This document shows positions 1-10,334 of a DNA stretch of 64,000 bases, piece by piece. This DNA is from Eubacteriales bacterium. Lineage in GTDB: Bacteria; Bacillota; Clostridia; Lachnospirales; Lachnospiraceae. The stretch spans positions 361 to 64,360 of the forward strand of contig JAUNPS010000026.1 of the NCBI GenBank assembly GCA_030536575.1, written 5' to 3'. Under the pieces are notes generated by a model that saw only the letters and a program-made list of their open reading frames with translations, was not told the origin of the DNA and did no database searches. The position numbers and the translations under genes were made by a program. Positions within the stretch are counted from its first letter, which is position 1, and the number at the start of each line of letters is the position of its first letter.

Positions 1-1
1 C

Positions 2-3000
2 GTGAAGCAAATCCAGGCGATGATTGACGTTCTCCCAGATGCGGCCAAAATTACCAAGGAAAATGCAGAGTCGGTGGCAGAGCAGCTTTCTGCAATCGAT
101 GCGGCCAGGGGAGAACTCACGGACGAGGAAATGGTCATGCTGGACTTCACGCGCTATGCGGAAGCGGCAGCAGCATTGAGTGCGCTGAACGGAGAGCCGG
201 ACGCGAACGAACCGGAACTGCTGGCGGTCGACGATCAAGCTCAGGTGAAGGATACAGATGAATTGGAATCGGCTCTGGAGAATGATGCGATTTCTACGAT
301 TGAAATTACAGAAAGTTTTGAATGGACTGGCACGCTTAATACAAGCAAAGAGATCGTTGTTATGCCTGGGGTTACATTTACGTGGTATGTCTTTGAGGAA
401 AGGATTCTGAAAACCGGAGAACTGACGATTGAAAGCGGAGCAACGATGAACATATCCGTTTATGACGGAGGCAAAGCAACGGTAGAAGGCGATGTGAAGA
501 ATAACGGAGCAATCATTATAAAGGCTGTGGCTACAGGATTCTGTTATTGGCAGGCGGATGCCCAAGGCTCGGGTGTTTTTACGGCAGTCTCCAATACGTA
601 TGTGAAATACGATAAGGTTCCGACGGACTGGACTATCAGCGGCAAGTATAAAGTCGATATCGCTGCCGACATAAGCGAGACATCTATGGTGACTCTCGTA
701 ACTTCCGAGGGTACTTCTCCGACGAAAATAAGCGTAGGAGATACGGTCAAAGCATCTGTTTCCAATGTAGCGGAAGATATTAATCCAGCAGATGTATTTG
801 CATATCAATGGGTCGACGCTTCCGGCAACGAATTGTCTACGGAAGTTTCGTACACTGTTGCCGAAACTCTGAAGGACGGACAGATTAAGTGCATCGTGTC
901 CCTAAAAGCCGATTATGTGATGTATAACAGTGTCAGTGGCGCGATAACCAGCCTGGAATCAGAACTGTACGACGTGGGCCTGACCAAGGTGGCGGAGGTG
1001 ACGATTGGCGGCGAGACGACGACGTACAGCTATAATGAGGACGGAACATCCACATATACGACGGCTCTTGAGGCGTTGGATAAAGCGTGGGATAGGGCGA
1101 ACGGAAATACGGCTGAGATTAAGTTGTTTGTAAGTGTGGATTTGGCAAGACAAGTGGGTTTGAGGGTGAACGCTGGAAGCGATATCACGCTGAAGATGGC
1201 GGAGGGTGTGACACTATCCAATAGTACGAATAACACTACGAACTTAGCTATTTTGGTGAGCAACGGGAAATTTACGCTCGAAAGCGGCAGCATCTCTAGT
1301 TCTACCGGAAGCGCTATCAGCGTAAATGGGGGAAGCCTTGAGATCAAAGGCGGGTGCGTGAAAGCGCCTGGAGCGTCGGGATATGGAATAAGTGCATCTA
1401 ATAATGTAGATATAGTAATCAGCGGTGGAACGATCGAGGGAGGTTGGCGTGGAGTAGATGCATCTAACTGTACGGTGACGATGACTGGAGGACAGATTAC
1501 CGCCGCCGGGGGCAACAATGCTTTGTACATGCGGAATGGGACAACGGCACAAATAAGTGGCGGAACGATTACCGCTCCATCAGCTATTTACCTGAGTGGA
1601 ACAGAAGGGGCGGAATCTGCTTTGACTATTGAAGAGAACGCTCAGATTATCAGTACAGGGACTAGTGAAAATAACTGTGCGGTACAGGCGAATTCGGCTA
1701 CTGTTACAATCAGCGGCGGAACGATCAAGAGCAGTAGTGTCGCTGTAAATGTGCTTGGCGCCATTAGCAGCCTGGAAATCAAAGATGGACTAATACTGAC
1801 TACTGCGGGAACCTTCGGAGCCGTGAAGGTACAGTCGAATGCCAAAGCAGAAATCAGCGGAGGAACCATTCAGGCAACGGGAATGGGTTTATTTATTTGG
1901 TCGAACGCTTCCGTTGTGATCAACGGCGGTAGAATCGAGAGTGGTACTTACGGCATTTATGTTAGTGATAAAAGTACGGCAACAATGTATGGCGGATCAG
2001 TTTCTGCAGGTTCAGTTCCAGCAGGTTCCTCCGGCGTATTCGTCGGAGGCTACGGAGATGGAAACGGCGGTACGTTCTTTATGAACGGCGGTACGGTAGA
2101 AGGAACAGGACCAATGGGAAGGGGAATAGAAAACAACAAGGTAGGCAGTATGACGCTGACAGGAGGCACCATCAGCGGCACAGGATGGAGTGTGTATACA
2201 GCAAAGTCAGGAGAGACGGTAACGGATTTTCTTGCCACAGGGTGTTCCTATTTCAAGGGTACGACAGTATCGGATGAGACGCTTCTTAAGGATGAAACGA
2301 TTCTTGCAAAACAATTTCTTTTCCAAGCAGACGGATACAACGTTGTTACTATAGGAAAAGTTATGCTGACGGAAATCACGGTTTCCGCAGAGCCAGAAAC
2401 AGTAGTATACGGCGACACACCGGTTCTAACGGCCAAAGTGACACCGGCAGACGGAGTAACGGATGAAATCACGTATCAATGGTATTTTGTGAAGGAAGAT
2501 GGCACCACCGAGGAAATCAGCGACGCACAAGGAAGTACATATAGTCCGTCCGCCCTTGGTTTGGGAACATACCAGTATTCCTGCAAGGCGACCTGCGGCG
2601 GCTATTCGATTACCAGCAGCCCGGCGACAGTAGAAGTAGAGAAAAAGACTCTGACCATCTCCGGGGCGACGGCGAGTGATAGAGTATATGATGGAACGGA
2701 TGCAGTAACGGTCACAGATGTGACGCTGACAGGTATTGTGGGGGCAGAGAAGGTGTCTGTGGATCTTTCCTCCGTCGCAGGAACGGTTCCCAGTTCCGAT
2801 GCAGGCAATTACGAGACTATTTCTCTGAAAGGTCTGGCTTTGACCGACGCAGACGCCGATAATTACACCATTGCCGCGGAAGCATCAAACGTCCTGACCA
2901 ATGTGACGATCTCGAAAGCAACTGGCCCATCTACACCGGAAGTAGCCGGAAGCTATGAACGAGACGGAGAATACTTTAAATATACAGTTAGCATCACGAA

Positions 3001-6000
3001 TGCGGCAGAGGGCGCAGTATATGAATACCGACTGGATGAAGACGGCAAGTGGCAGGAGAGCAACATATTCACAGGGCTTATGCCAAACACCAGCCATACC
3101 TTCTACGCACGGATTGCAGAAACGACCAACTACGAAGCGGGAACGGCAGGAACGGTAAGTGTGACATTACCGCGTCTGCCAGGCGCGGCTTCGGTGACCA
3201 TGGAAAACTGGACATACGGCGAGACAGCCAATGCCCCGATCCCGGTTTCAGGCACCAACGGCATGCAGAATGTAACGTATCAGTATAAAAAGCAAGGCGC
3301 AGATGACAGTATGTATACGGCAGATGTACCAACAGACGCAGGGGCATATACCGTTCGGGCAGATTTTGCCGCAACAAATGCATACGAAGCAGTACAGGCT
3401 ACAGCAGACTTTACAATTTTCCAGAAGGAGCTGGAACTGACGCTTTCCGGCACGGCAGAAAAGACATATGACGGAACAACGGATGTGAATGGAATTTCGA
3501 TATTCTGTTCAGGTATTCTGGAAAAAGACGCAGGGCAGGTGACGGCAAGCTTCACGATTGCATACGACAGCGCGAATGCTGGAAGCCAAACCATTTCCAT
3601 CAGCGAAAGTTCTCTCACCGGAGACCGGTCGGGCAACTACAAGCTGCCCGATCCATTGACAACCTTTACCGGAACGATAAATCCGCTCGACCTTTCTGAC
3701 AGCAAGTACAGCACAGAAATTATGCTGACAGACGGAACACTGATTTATAACGGCGAGACGCAGATCCAGGAAGTGAAAAGCGTCACGGTAAGTTGGGCCG
3801 ACGGACAGGATACAAAGACATTGACCTTAATCGCCGGGAAGGATTACGTAATCAGCGGAAATCAGAAGCTTGATGCTGGTGAATATGAACTGACGATTAC
3901 TGGCACGGGGACTGATACGAGCGGCAATTATATCGGCTCAGTAAGTGAAATCTGGAAGATCGCGAAACGTCCTGTGACGGTGACTCCAGAAAGTAATCAA
4001 AGCAAGGCCTATGGGGAAGCAGACTCGCCCTTGGCTTATACGATTACGGAGGGTGAGCTGGCAGGAAGCGACACGCTGAATGGCGCGCTTTCCAGGGATT
4101 CGGGTGAAAATGCAGGTATGTATCAGATTACGCAGGGCACCCTGACAAACGAAAACAATCCGAATTACGATATTACGTTTGCAGATTCTGTTTCGTTTAC
4201 GATTGCAGAGAAATCCCTTGCGGGCGCTCAGGTATCGGTCAGCGGAAGCTTTACGTATGACGGAACAGAGCAGAAGCCGGAGCCTGTCGTAACGCTGGAC
4301 GGCGCGGTACTTGTGAAGGATCGCGATTATACAGTGAGCTACACGGACAATGTGAATGCAGGCAATGCGACAGTCACAGTGACCGGTATCGGAAATTATA
4401 CCGAAACAGCAAGCACTGCCTTTGCGATTCAAAAAGCAATTATCACCGATATTTCCGGCACAACCAACAACGTAACAACCCCGGAAGCGCTGGCATCGTT
4501 ACAGAAGACAATCACAGACGGCAGCAATTATACGGCATCGATCACGTGGAAATGCGGCAGCGAGAGCTACGAAGCAGATACGTATGGCTTTGGAGCAGAG
4601 TATACGGCAGTATTGACGCTGACACCGGACAGTAACCACCGGTTCGCGAATGCGGACGAACTTGCCGGAATCGTCGGCTGTACTGTGACAGGAAATGGAA
4701 GCACGGGTGATTCGGAAGAAATTATTGCGCTGACATTGGAGCGTACCTTCCCGGCAACACGCCTTGAAAAGCTTGTGAGCGCTGCAACTCCGGGAGAGAC
4801 GGCGTCAGAGAGTGTAACGCTGGACGCGCATATGGCGGATGCGGATGCAGTCATCAAAACACTGCCAAGTACCGTGAAGATAACATTGGAAACAGGAATC
4901 ACCGTAGAGGTTTCTGTTACGTGGAGCTGTGACAATTATAGTACGGAGCCGAATGCAGAGAATACCTTTACCTGGACGGTTACGTCCAGTGCGATCGACG
5001 GATTGTATGATCAGAACGGAGTGCCCCTGACTGGAACCATCACCGTTACAAACTCGGATTCCCAGACTGTGACAATCACGGGAGAAGACCAGACGGTTGT
5101 TTACGACGGAAATGAGATTGATCTGAACGGCCTGTTTACAATTGATGAAAATGCCGGAGCAGCGACGTACCTTGTGGAAAACGGTTCCGGAGAAGGCATG
5201 CAGACCGGCAGCGGGAATACGCTGAAAGTTACAAAAGCAGGCACCTTTACGATCACCGTGCAGACAGACGCTGCAGGCATTTACGGAGCGGGAAAAGCAC
5301 AGATCATCCTGACTGTGCGTAAAGGAAATGGAAATGCATCGGTGACGATCAGCGGATGGACTTACGGAGAGGATGCACAGACACCAGTTTCCGAAAGCAG
5401 CACAAATGGCACGGATGCGGTAACTTATCTCTATGAGTCGACAGATGGCAAGGGATACAGCAGCGAGACGGCACCTGTCAATGCAGGCAGCTACAAGGTA
5501 ACGGCAACATTTGCAGCGACAGACCTATATGAGAGCTGTACAGCGGAAACGAATTTGGACGTAGCCCCAAGAGCAATCACCGTAACGGCAGATGACCAGA
5601 CGAAGGAAAGCGGCGATGTAGACCCGGCGTTCACGTACCAGATCACGGACGGAACACTGGCGGACGGCGATACGTTGACCGGAATCACATTCAGCCGCGA
5701 GACAGGCGAAGACGCAGGAGAGTATGCAATCACCGTTTCACAGGAAGACGGAGCGAATCCGAATTACGCGATCACATTCGTAAATGGAAAGCTGACAATC
5801 CAAGCGGCCGAAACAGATGAGACCGACGAAACCGATGAGCCAAGCAAAGCTGGCAGCTCCGACAAAAATTCCGGAGGCTCGAAGGGGAATTCTGATAAGA
5901 AGTCGGGCAATTCCGAAAAAACTTCCGACAAGAAGTCAGACGCTTCCGCAAAAACCGGCGACCCCACCAACCTGTGGCTGTGGGTTATGATGCTGGCCGT

Positions 6001-6061
6001 ATCCGGAAGCATTGCAGCCGGAATCACAGTTTTTGCGAGAAGAAGGAGAACACGTAAATAA
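2..6061 (+). CDS. Large cell-wall-anchored surface protein/putative adhesin (beta-helix-like GG-rich repeats, YDG and MBG-type repeats, LPXTG-like SAKTG anchor); probably 5'-truncated by the window edge
   Basis: 2019-aa ORF open from base 2. It has xISGG repeats, YDG motifs (DRVYDGT, EKTYDGT, FTYDGT), two WTYGE...AGxYxV repeats and MBG-like KAYGEAD / TKESGDVDP. C-terminus is SAKTGD + hydrophobic helix + RRRRTRK. Confidence 0.85.
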   Translation: MKQIQAMIDVLPDAAKITKENAESVAEQLSAIDAARGELTDEEMVMLDFTRYAEAAAALSALNGEPDANEPELLAVDDQAQVKDTDELESALENDAISTIEITESFEWTGTLNTSKEIVVMPGVTFTWYVFEERILKTGELTIESGATMNISVYDGGKATVEGDVKNNGAIIIKAVATGFCYWQADAQGSGVFTAVSNTYVKYDKVPTDWTISGKYKVDIAADISETSMVTLVTSEGTSPTKISVGDTVKASVSNVAEDINPADVFAYQWVDASGNELSTEVSYTVAETLKDGQIKCIVSLKADYVMYNSVSGAITSLESELYDVGLTKVAEVTIGGETTTYSYNEDGTSTYTTALEALDKAWDRANGNTAEIKLFVSVDLARQVGLRVNAGSDITLKMAEGVTLSNSTNNTTNLAILVSNGKFTLESGSISSSTGSAISVNGGSLEIKGGCVKAPGASGYGISASNNVDIVISGGTIEGGWRGVDASNCTVTMTGGQITAAGGNNALYMRNGTTAQISGGTITAPSAIYLSGTEGAESALTIEENAQIISTGTSENNCAVQANSATVTISGGTIKSSSVAVNVLGAISSLEIKDGLILTTAGTFGAVKVQSNAKAEISGGTIQATGMGLFIWSNASVVINGGRIESGTYGIYVSDKSTATMYGGSVSAGSVPAGSSGVFVGGYGDGNGGTFFMNGGTVEGTGPMGRGIENNKVGSMTLTGGTISGTGWSVYTAKSGETVTDFLATGCSYFKGTTVSDETLLKDETILAKQFLFQADGYNVVTIGKVMLTEITVSAEPETVVYGDTPVLTAKVTPADGVTDEITYQWYFVKEDGTTEEISDAQGSTYSPSALGLGTYQYSCKATCGGYSITSSPATVEVEKKTLTISGATASDRVYDGTDAVTVTDVTLTGIVGAEKVSVDLSSVAGTVPSSDAGNYETISLKGLALTDADADNYTIAAEASNVLTNVTISKATGPSTPEVAGSYERDGEYFKYTVSITNAAEGAVYEYRLDEDGKWQESNIFTGLMPNTSHTFYARIAETTNYEAGTAGTVSVTLPRLPGAASVTMENWTYGETANAPIPVSGTNGMQNVTYQYKKQGADDSMYTADVPTDAGAYTVRADFAATNAYEAVQATADFTIFQKELELTLSGTAEKTYDGTTDVNGISIFCSGILEKDAGQVTASFTIAYDSANAGSQTISISESSLTGDRSGNYKLPDPLTTFTGTINPLDLSDSKYSTEIMLTDGTLIYNGETQIQEVKSVTVSWADGQDTKTLTLIAGKDYVISGNQKLDAGEYELTITGTGTDTSGNYIGSVSEIWKIAKRPVTVTPESNQSKAYGEADSPLAYTITEGELAGSDTLNGALSRDSGENAGMYQITQGTLTNENNPNYDITFADSVSFTIAEKSLAGAQVSVSGSFTYDGTEQKPEPVVTLDGAVLVKDRDYTVSYTDNVNAGNATVTVTGIGNYTETASTAFAIQKAIITDISGTTNNVTTPEALASLQKTITDGSNYTASITWKCGSESYEADTYGFGAEYTAVLTLTPDSNHRFANADELAGIVGCTVTGNGSTGDSEEIIALTLERTFPATRLEKLVSAATPGETASESVTLDAHMADADAVIKTLPSTVKITLETGITVEVSVTWSCDNYSTEPNAENTFTWTVTSSAIDGLYDQNGVPLTGTITVTNSDSQTVTITGEDQTVVYDGNEIDLNGLFTIDENAGAATYLVENGSGEGMQTGSGNTLKVTKAGTFTITVQTDAAGIYGAGKAQIILTVRKGNGNASVTISGWTYGEDAQTPVSESSTNGTDAVTYLYESTDGKGYSSETAPVNAGSYKVTATFAATDLYESCTAETNLDVAPRAITVTADDQTKESGDVDPAFTYQITDGTLADGDTLTGITFSRETGEDAGEYAITVSQEDGANPNYAITFVNGKLTIQAAETDETDETDEPSKAGSSDKNSGGSKGNSDKKSGNSEKTSDKKSDASAKTGDPTNLWLWVMMLAVSGSIAAGITVFARRRRTRK

Positions 6062-6097
6062 TCGGAGTGATGAATAAACAAACTTCAATATAATGAA

Positions 6098-6164
6098 AAA
6101 TGCTCCCTTTCAGGCGGACAGTCTTATTTAACGGATTCGCCTCCAGGGGAGCATTTGTTTTTCT
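6098..6164. terminator. Long hairpin between convergent genes, probable bidirectional intrinsic terminator
   Basis: AAATGCTCCC (6098-6107) pairs with GGGAGCATTT (6147-6156), with inner AGGCGGA/TTCGCCT pairing; T-rich run after it and A-run before it. Confidence 0.65.
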
Positions 6165-6168
6165 ATTT

Positions 6169-7851
6169 TTAAATATCAAGCGCTTTTTTTACGAGACATC
6201 TCTTTTTGAAAAAGGAAATACCGAAACAGAGAACCTGTTCATACGTATCTTCCAATTCTTTTGCATACATTCTGTTATCAATCTGCCGGAGTGCTTCTAT
6301 GCAATCCTGTTCCAGATGGACAGCAGTTTTTGAATACTTTACTTCAAAGACTGCCGCCCGTCCGCCGCGGGAATCGATCACAACAACGTCGCTGCGGCCT
6401 TCGCCATGTTCTTTGTTGGATTGTACCATATAACCTGCGCCTGCGAAAATTCCAGCCAGGAACGCATGATAAAAATCTTCTTTATAATCATAATAGCTGA
6501 TGGTCATGCGCAGCAGAGCGTTCATCTCTTTTGTTATGGCTGAACTGTCGCCATTCCAGACGGCATCAAAAAGAGCTTTTCGGTTCCAGCTCCGTGCATT
6601 GTCCGAAAACCATGTCTGAACCGTGGTTTCGAAAATTTCACGGATTTCCGCATTGGGAATCCTTAAAGCTGTGATTCCTTCTGGCAGTGTTCCCGGTAAT
6701 TCCTGCTTCCGGACACAGGTTAAATACCCGGTCAGGTAGAGAATGCTCCAGAGATTATCTTCGGATGAATGCAGATAGTCATAGGTAAGGTTTTCCTCAA
6801 TTCGCTGGATGATATAACTTCCGGACATCAAAGCTTCTAATTTTCCTGTAATGCTGCCTCCGGCATAATCGATGAAGGAACGGATGATTGCGTTGTCACT
6901 GGTATTTTTCCAATAGCTTGCCGGTTTCGACTCAGGATTGTGCTGAAGGTCACGAAGATAATTCATCACATCCCAGGGGCAGTACACATCAAAATTCCCA
7001 AAGTGATAACCGTCATACCATGCTTTGATGCACTCCGCATGATCGGTAATATTTGCGTCCTGCAGAAGCTGATCGACTTCTTTTTGGGTAAAGCCGAAAT
7101 ATTCATTCAGTCCGGATGAGGTAATCGTATCAGAAATAAAATTGTTGGTTCCTGTGAAAATGCTTTCTTTTGCAATCTTCAGACAGCCAGTCAGAACGGC
7201 AAACTTGAGATCTGAGTTGTCTTTCAGCGCTGTACCCATCATTGTTTTAATTATTTCCAGCATTTCAGCATAGTAGCCGTGAGTGCTTGCTTTTGCAACG
7301 GGAACATCATACTCATCCAGCAGCAAAATGACCTGCTTTCCGTAGTGCAGCTTCATTGCCGCGATCAGCAGAGAAAGACTCTTTTTAAGGTCCGTCGCGG
7401 TGGCATTTCCACGGACAATACGCCAGATCGTTTCTTTATCGTAGGGATTGATTGCGTCGCTGTCCAGCAAATACAAGTGTTTTTTGTAGAGATCCGTTAC
7501 TGTTGCGGCCAGCATTCCGTATGCGCTTGTGAAATTCAGCCCGTCCACATCTTTAAAGGACAAAAAAATGGTGGGATACTGATTCATCCATTTCTCGCAA
7601 AGCTGAGGATCCTTGCTGATCTCCAGCCCATCAAACAATGGACTGCTGTTTTTCGTGATATCAAAAAAGCTTGCCAGCATACTCATACCCAATGTTTTTC
7701 CAAAACGGCGGGGGCGTGTGATTAAAGTGGCGGCTGTGGCTTCCGTTTTTAAAAGCTCTGCAATCATGCCGCTCTTATCGATATAATAATATTTATTTTT
7801 GCGGATTTGTTCAAAATCGGAAACACCTACCGGAATATTCAAATTTATCAC
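6169..7851 (-). CDS. AAA-ATPase-like domain + PD-(D/E)XK nuclease (PDDEXK_9-type) protein
   Basis: PVGVSDF..YYIDKS start, Walker A RPRRFGKT, Walker B LLLDEYD, C-terminal GRSDVVV...FEVKY nuclease motif; RBS GGAAAGGAG before the GTG. Confidence 0.9.
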   Translation of the reverse strand: MINLNIPVGVSDFEQIRKNKYYYIDKSGMIAELLKTEATAATLITRPRRFGKTLGMSMLASFFDITKNSSPLFDGLEISKDPQLCEKWMNQYPTIFLSFKDVDGLNFTSAYGMLAATVTDLYKKHLYLLDSDAINPYDKETIWRIVRGNATATDLKKSLSLLIAAMKLHYGKQVILLLDEYDVPVAKASTHGYYAEMLEIIKTMMGTALKDNSDLKFAVLTGCLKIAKESIFTGTNNFISDTITSSGLNEYFGFTQKEVDQLLQDANITDHAECIKAWYDGYHFGNFDVYCPWDVMNYLRDLQHNPESKPASYWKNTSDNAIIRSFIDYAGGSITGKLEALMSGSYIIQRIEENLTYDYLHSSEDNLWSILYLTGYLTCVRKQELPGTLPEGITALRIPNAEIREIFETTVQTWFSDNARSWNRKALFDAVWNGDSSAITKEMNALLRMTISYYDYKEDFYHAFLAGIFAGAGYMVQSNKEHGEGRSDVVVIDSRGGRAAVFEVKYSKTAVHLEQDCIEALRQIDNRMYAKELEDTYEQVLCFGISFFKKRCLVKKALDI

Positions 7852-7871
7852 GTCGGGTCACTCCTTTCCGT

Positions 7872-8507
7872 TCACTTTTTGCCAGAGCTGGCAAGCCGAT
7901 ACCTTCCTTTTCCAACTTTCACAATCGTACCTTTTTCCGTCAAATCCTTCAACACTCTCTGTAACTGCCTCCGGCTGCACCGCAGCTTCACCGCCACCTT
8001 CTCCACTCCCTGAAACCCCTCCGCCGGACACTCATACTCCAAATAAGAAAGCAGCTTCTCCTCAATCCCCGCAAAACCAGCCTCCGTCTGCGAAAACAGC
8101 GCCAGCTTGTGCGATACAGACCCCAACAAAAACCGCAAAAAAGCATTATCCTCCAAAAGCGTCTTCCGATATTCATACAGTGGCAGTTCCACACAAACGA
8201 CTTTCTTCACCACTTCCACCAAAAACGGCAGCGTCGTTTCCCCACAAAACTCCATATCCCCCAACAACGTAAATTCCTCCACCAAACAGAGTGGATACCT
8301 CCGCCCATCCTCCCGCAGCGAATAAATCTGCACGCTCCCCTCCACCATAAACAAAAGAAAGCTGGCAGAATCCCGGCTGTAATTCAGAATCTCGCCCTTC
8401 TCATATTGGCAGAGACGAAAAGGAAGCCCCTCTGTGTCAAAAATTTCGTCGATGCGATACCGTTTTACATAAGAATCTAACCGTTCTTTATCAGGAATCT
8501 GTTTCAT
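7872..8507 (-). CDS. Crp/Fnr-family cyclic-nucleotide-binding transcriptional regulator
   Basis: cNMP-binding-like segment (YEKGEIL...GSVQIY...LLGDMEF) and C-terminal HTH (CSRRQLQRVLKDL); start moved to MKQIPD at 8507. Confidence 0.8.
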   Translation of the reverse strand: MKQIPDKERLDSYVKRYRIDEIFDTEGLPFRLCQYEKGEILNYSRDSASFLLFMVEGSVQIYSLREDGRRYPLCLVEEFTLLGDMEFCGETTLPFLVEVVKKVVCVELPLYEYRKTLLEDNAFLRFLLGSVSHKLALFSQTEAGFAGIEEKLLSYLEYECPAEGFQGVEKVAVKLRCSRRQLQRVLKDLTEKGTIVKVGKGRYRLASSGKK

Positions 8508-8615
8508 AAAAGTCCCCGCAATGAAAAAATTTTCTTTTATTATGCCATATGTCACAATAAAAAACAAGCCAGTTTGTTATGATAATAGGGAAAGAAGGTT
8601 ACTGAGGTGGCAAAC

Positions 8616-9974
8616 ATGCAAAACGAATTATTTGAAAAAGCGCCCGTTCCCAAAGCTTATTTCAAACTTGCCCTGCCAGTCGTATTCAGCATGGTGGTTT
8701 CGCTGATTTACAATATGGTCGATACATATTTTATCGCCCAGACAGGCAACACCAATCTGGTAGCAGGCGTCTCCCTGAGCGCTCCCATTTTCACTTTAAT
8801 GATCGCCCTTGGCGACATTTTCGGCCTTGGCGGAAGTTCCGTCATTTCCCGGCTTTTCGGGCAGAAACAGGATGCGGACGGCAAATGTCTCAGCGTCTTC
8901 TGCTTCTACGCGGCAATCTTGTGCGGAGTGATCGTAGCGGCTGTTCTGATGCTGTTTCGAAATCCAGTCCTGCGCTTGCTGGGCGCCGACGAAGAAACCT
9001 TTACCTATGCTTCCCAATATTTTACATACATTGTGATCGGCGCGCCATTTATCATCGTATCTTATACGCCGTCGAACCTGCTCCGGACGGAAGGGTTCGC
9101 GACTGCTTCCATGACCGGAACCGTCTTAGGCGCTGTGGTCAATATGATTCTTGACCCGATTTTCATTTCCGGACTCCAATGGGGAGCGGCCGGCGCGGCC
9201 ATTGCAACCGTTATCGGAAACATCTGCACCGACATTTTTTTCGTATGGTTTTTACTGAAAAAGAGTAAACGGCTGTCCATCAACCCCAGGGAACTCCGCA
9301 TAAAAACGGCGGAACTTGGCCAGATTTTCGCGATCGGCATCCCGGCTTCGATTACCAACCTGATGCAGAGCCTCGGCACGGCCCTGACGAACCGTTTCCT
9401 GCTCCCCTATGGGAATGAGAAAGTGGCGGCGATGGGAATTGTGATGAAAATTAATATGATTGCCGTATTGATTTTAGTCGGGTTCGCATTTGGTGCGCAG
9501 CCATTGATCGGGTATAATTATGGGGCGAAAAATGATCTGCGTTTAAAGAAAATTCTGCGGTTCTGCTATGGATTTGAATGCGGTATCGCGCTGGTGCTTG
9601 CCGTGATTCTTTCGGCTGCGGCCCCTGGCCTGGTAGGAATGTTTATGCAGGATTCGGAAATGATTGCCACAGGAGTTCCGATGCTCCGAATGCAGCAGGT
9701 TGGAATGGTATTTGTTGCAATTGTGCTGGTGACAACCTGTACGTTTCAATCGGCGGGGAAAGCCGGAGGGGCGTTCCTGCTGTCGGTCAGCAGGCAGGGC
9801 GTGATTTTTGCGGCGGTGCTGCTGATTGCGTCGAAGGTGCTTGGCTATACGGGCGTCTTGCTGGCGCAGGCGGTTTCGGATTTCCTGACTGCAATCCTGG
9901 CGGTCGGCCTGTTTTATACGCTTGTCTGGAAAGAAATGCAGCCGGGCAAAATGCACAAAAGTACGGCGCCGTAA
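8616..9974 (+). CDS. MATE family efflux transporter (MepA-like)
   Basis: Multiple TM helices, LALPVVFSMVVSLIYNMVDTYF and NMILDPIFI...GAAGAAIATV MATE motifs; RBS GAGGTG before ATG 8616. Confidence 0.9.
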   Translation: MQNELFEKAPVPKAYFKLALPVVFSMVVSLIYNMVDTYFIAQTGNTNLVAGVSLSAPIFTLMIALGDIFGLGGSSVISRLFGQKQDADGKCLSVFCFYAAILCGVIVAAVLMLFRNPVLRLLGADEETFTYASQYFTYIVIGAPFIIVSYTPSNLLRTEGFATASMTGTVLGAVVNMILDPIFISGLQWGAAGAAIATVIGNICTDIFFVWFLLKKSKRLSINPRELRIKTAELGQIFAIGIPASITNLMQSLGTALTNRFLLPYGNEKVAAMGIVMKINMIAVLILVGFAFGAQPLIGYNYGAKNDLRLKKILRFCYGFECGIALVLAVILSAAAPGLVGMFMQDSEMIATGVPMLRMQQVGMVFVAIVLVTTCTFQSAGKAGGAFLLSVSRQGVIFAAVLLIASKVLGYTGVLLAQAVSDFLTAILAVGLFYTLVWKEMQPGKMHKSTAP

Positions 9975-9987
9975 TTCTGCGCAGCGT

Positions 9988-10126
9988 TTGTTACTGTACA
10001 CTCGTACCTCGTTCCAGTAACAATTCACAGGCTCATTTTAAGTTTTGCTTCGCAAAAGAGCCTGCTCACACCTGAATCACGTTCTTACGTACCTGAGCAG
10101 CTAAGTGCTCAGGTACTGTCTGACAG
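9988..10126. repeat. Cluster of four intergenic palindromes (REP/BIME-like candidate)
   Basis: TTGTTACTG/CAGTAACAA (9988-10023); AGGCTC..TTTTGC-TTC-GCAAAA..GAGCCT (10029-10063); perfect 11-bp GTACCTGAGCA/TGCTCAGGTAC (10089-10116); CTGTC-T-GACAG (10116-10126). Confidence 0.5.
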
Positions 10127-10212
10127 GTAACCAGCGTTTCACAGATTTGCGCCGCACCGGGAAAAAACGATTGTATTTGAAAGTTAAAAAGAATAAAATA
10201 GGAAATAAGAGC

Positions 10213-10244
10213 CTGGCAGGCTTTGCATGCTTGCCAGTTTTTTT
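10213..10244 (+). terminator. Intrinsic terminator downstream of the MATE gene
   Basis: CTGGCAGG...CTTGCCAG stem followed by TTTTTTT. Confidence 0.7.
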
Positions 10245-10334
10245 GTGCTTAATTTTAGACAATAAATGTCACTTTGCCACTGTCGGACGGCGAAGGGGGC
10301 ATTTATTTTTTTACGAAAAAAGGAGGAATGAAAA

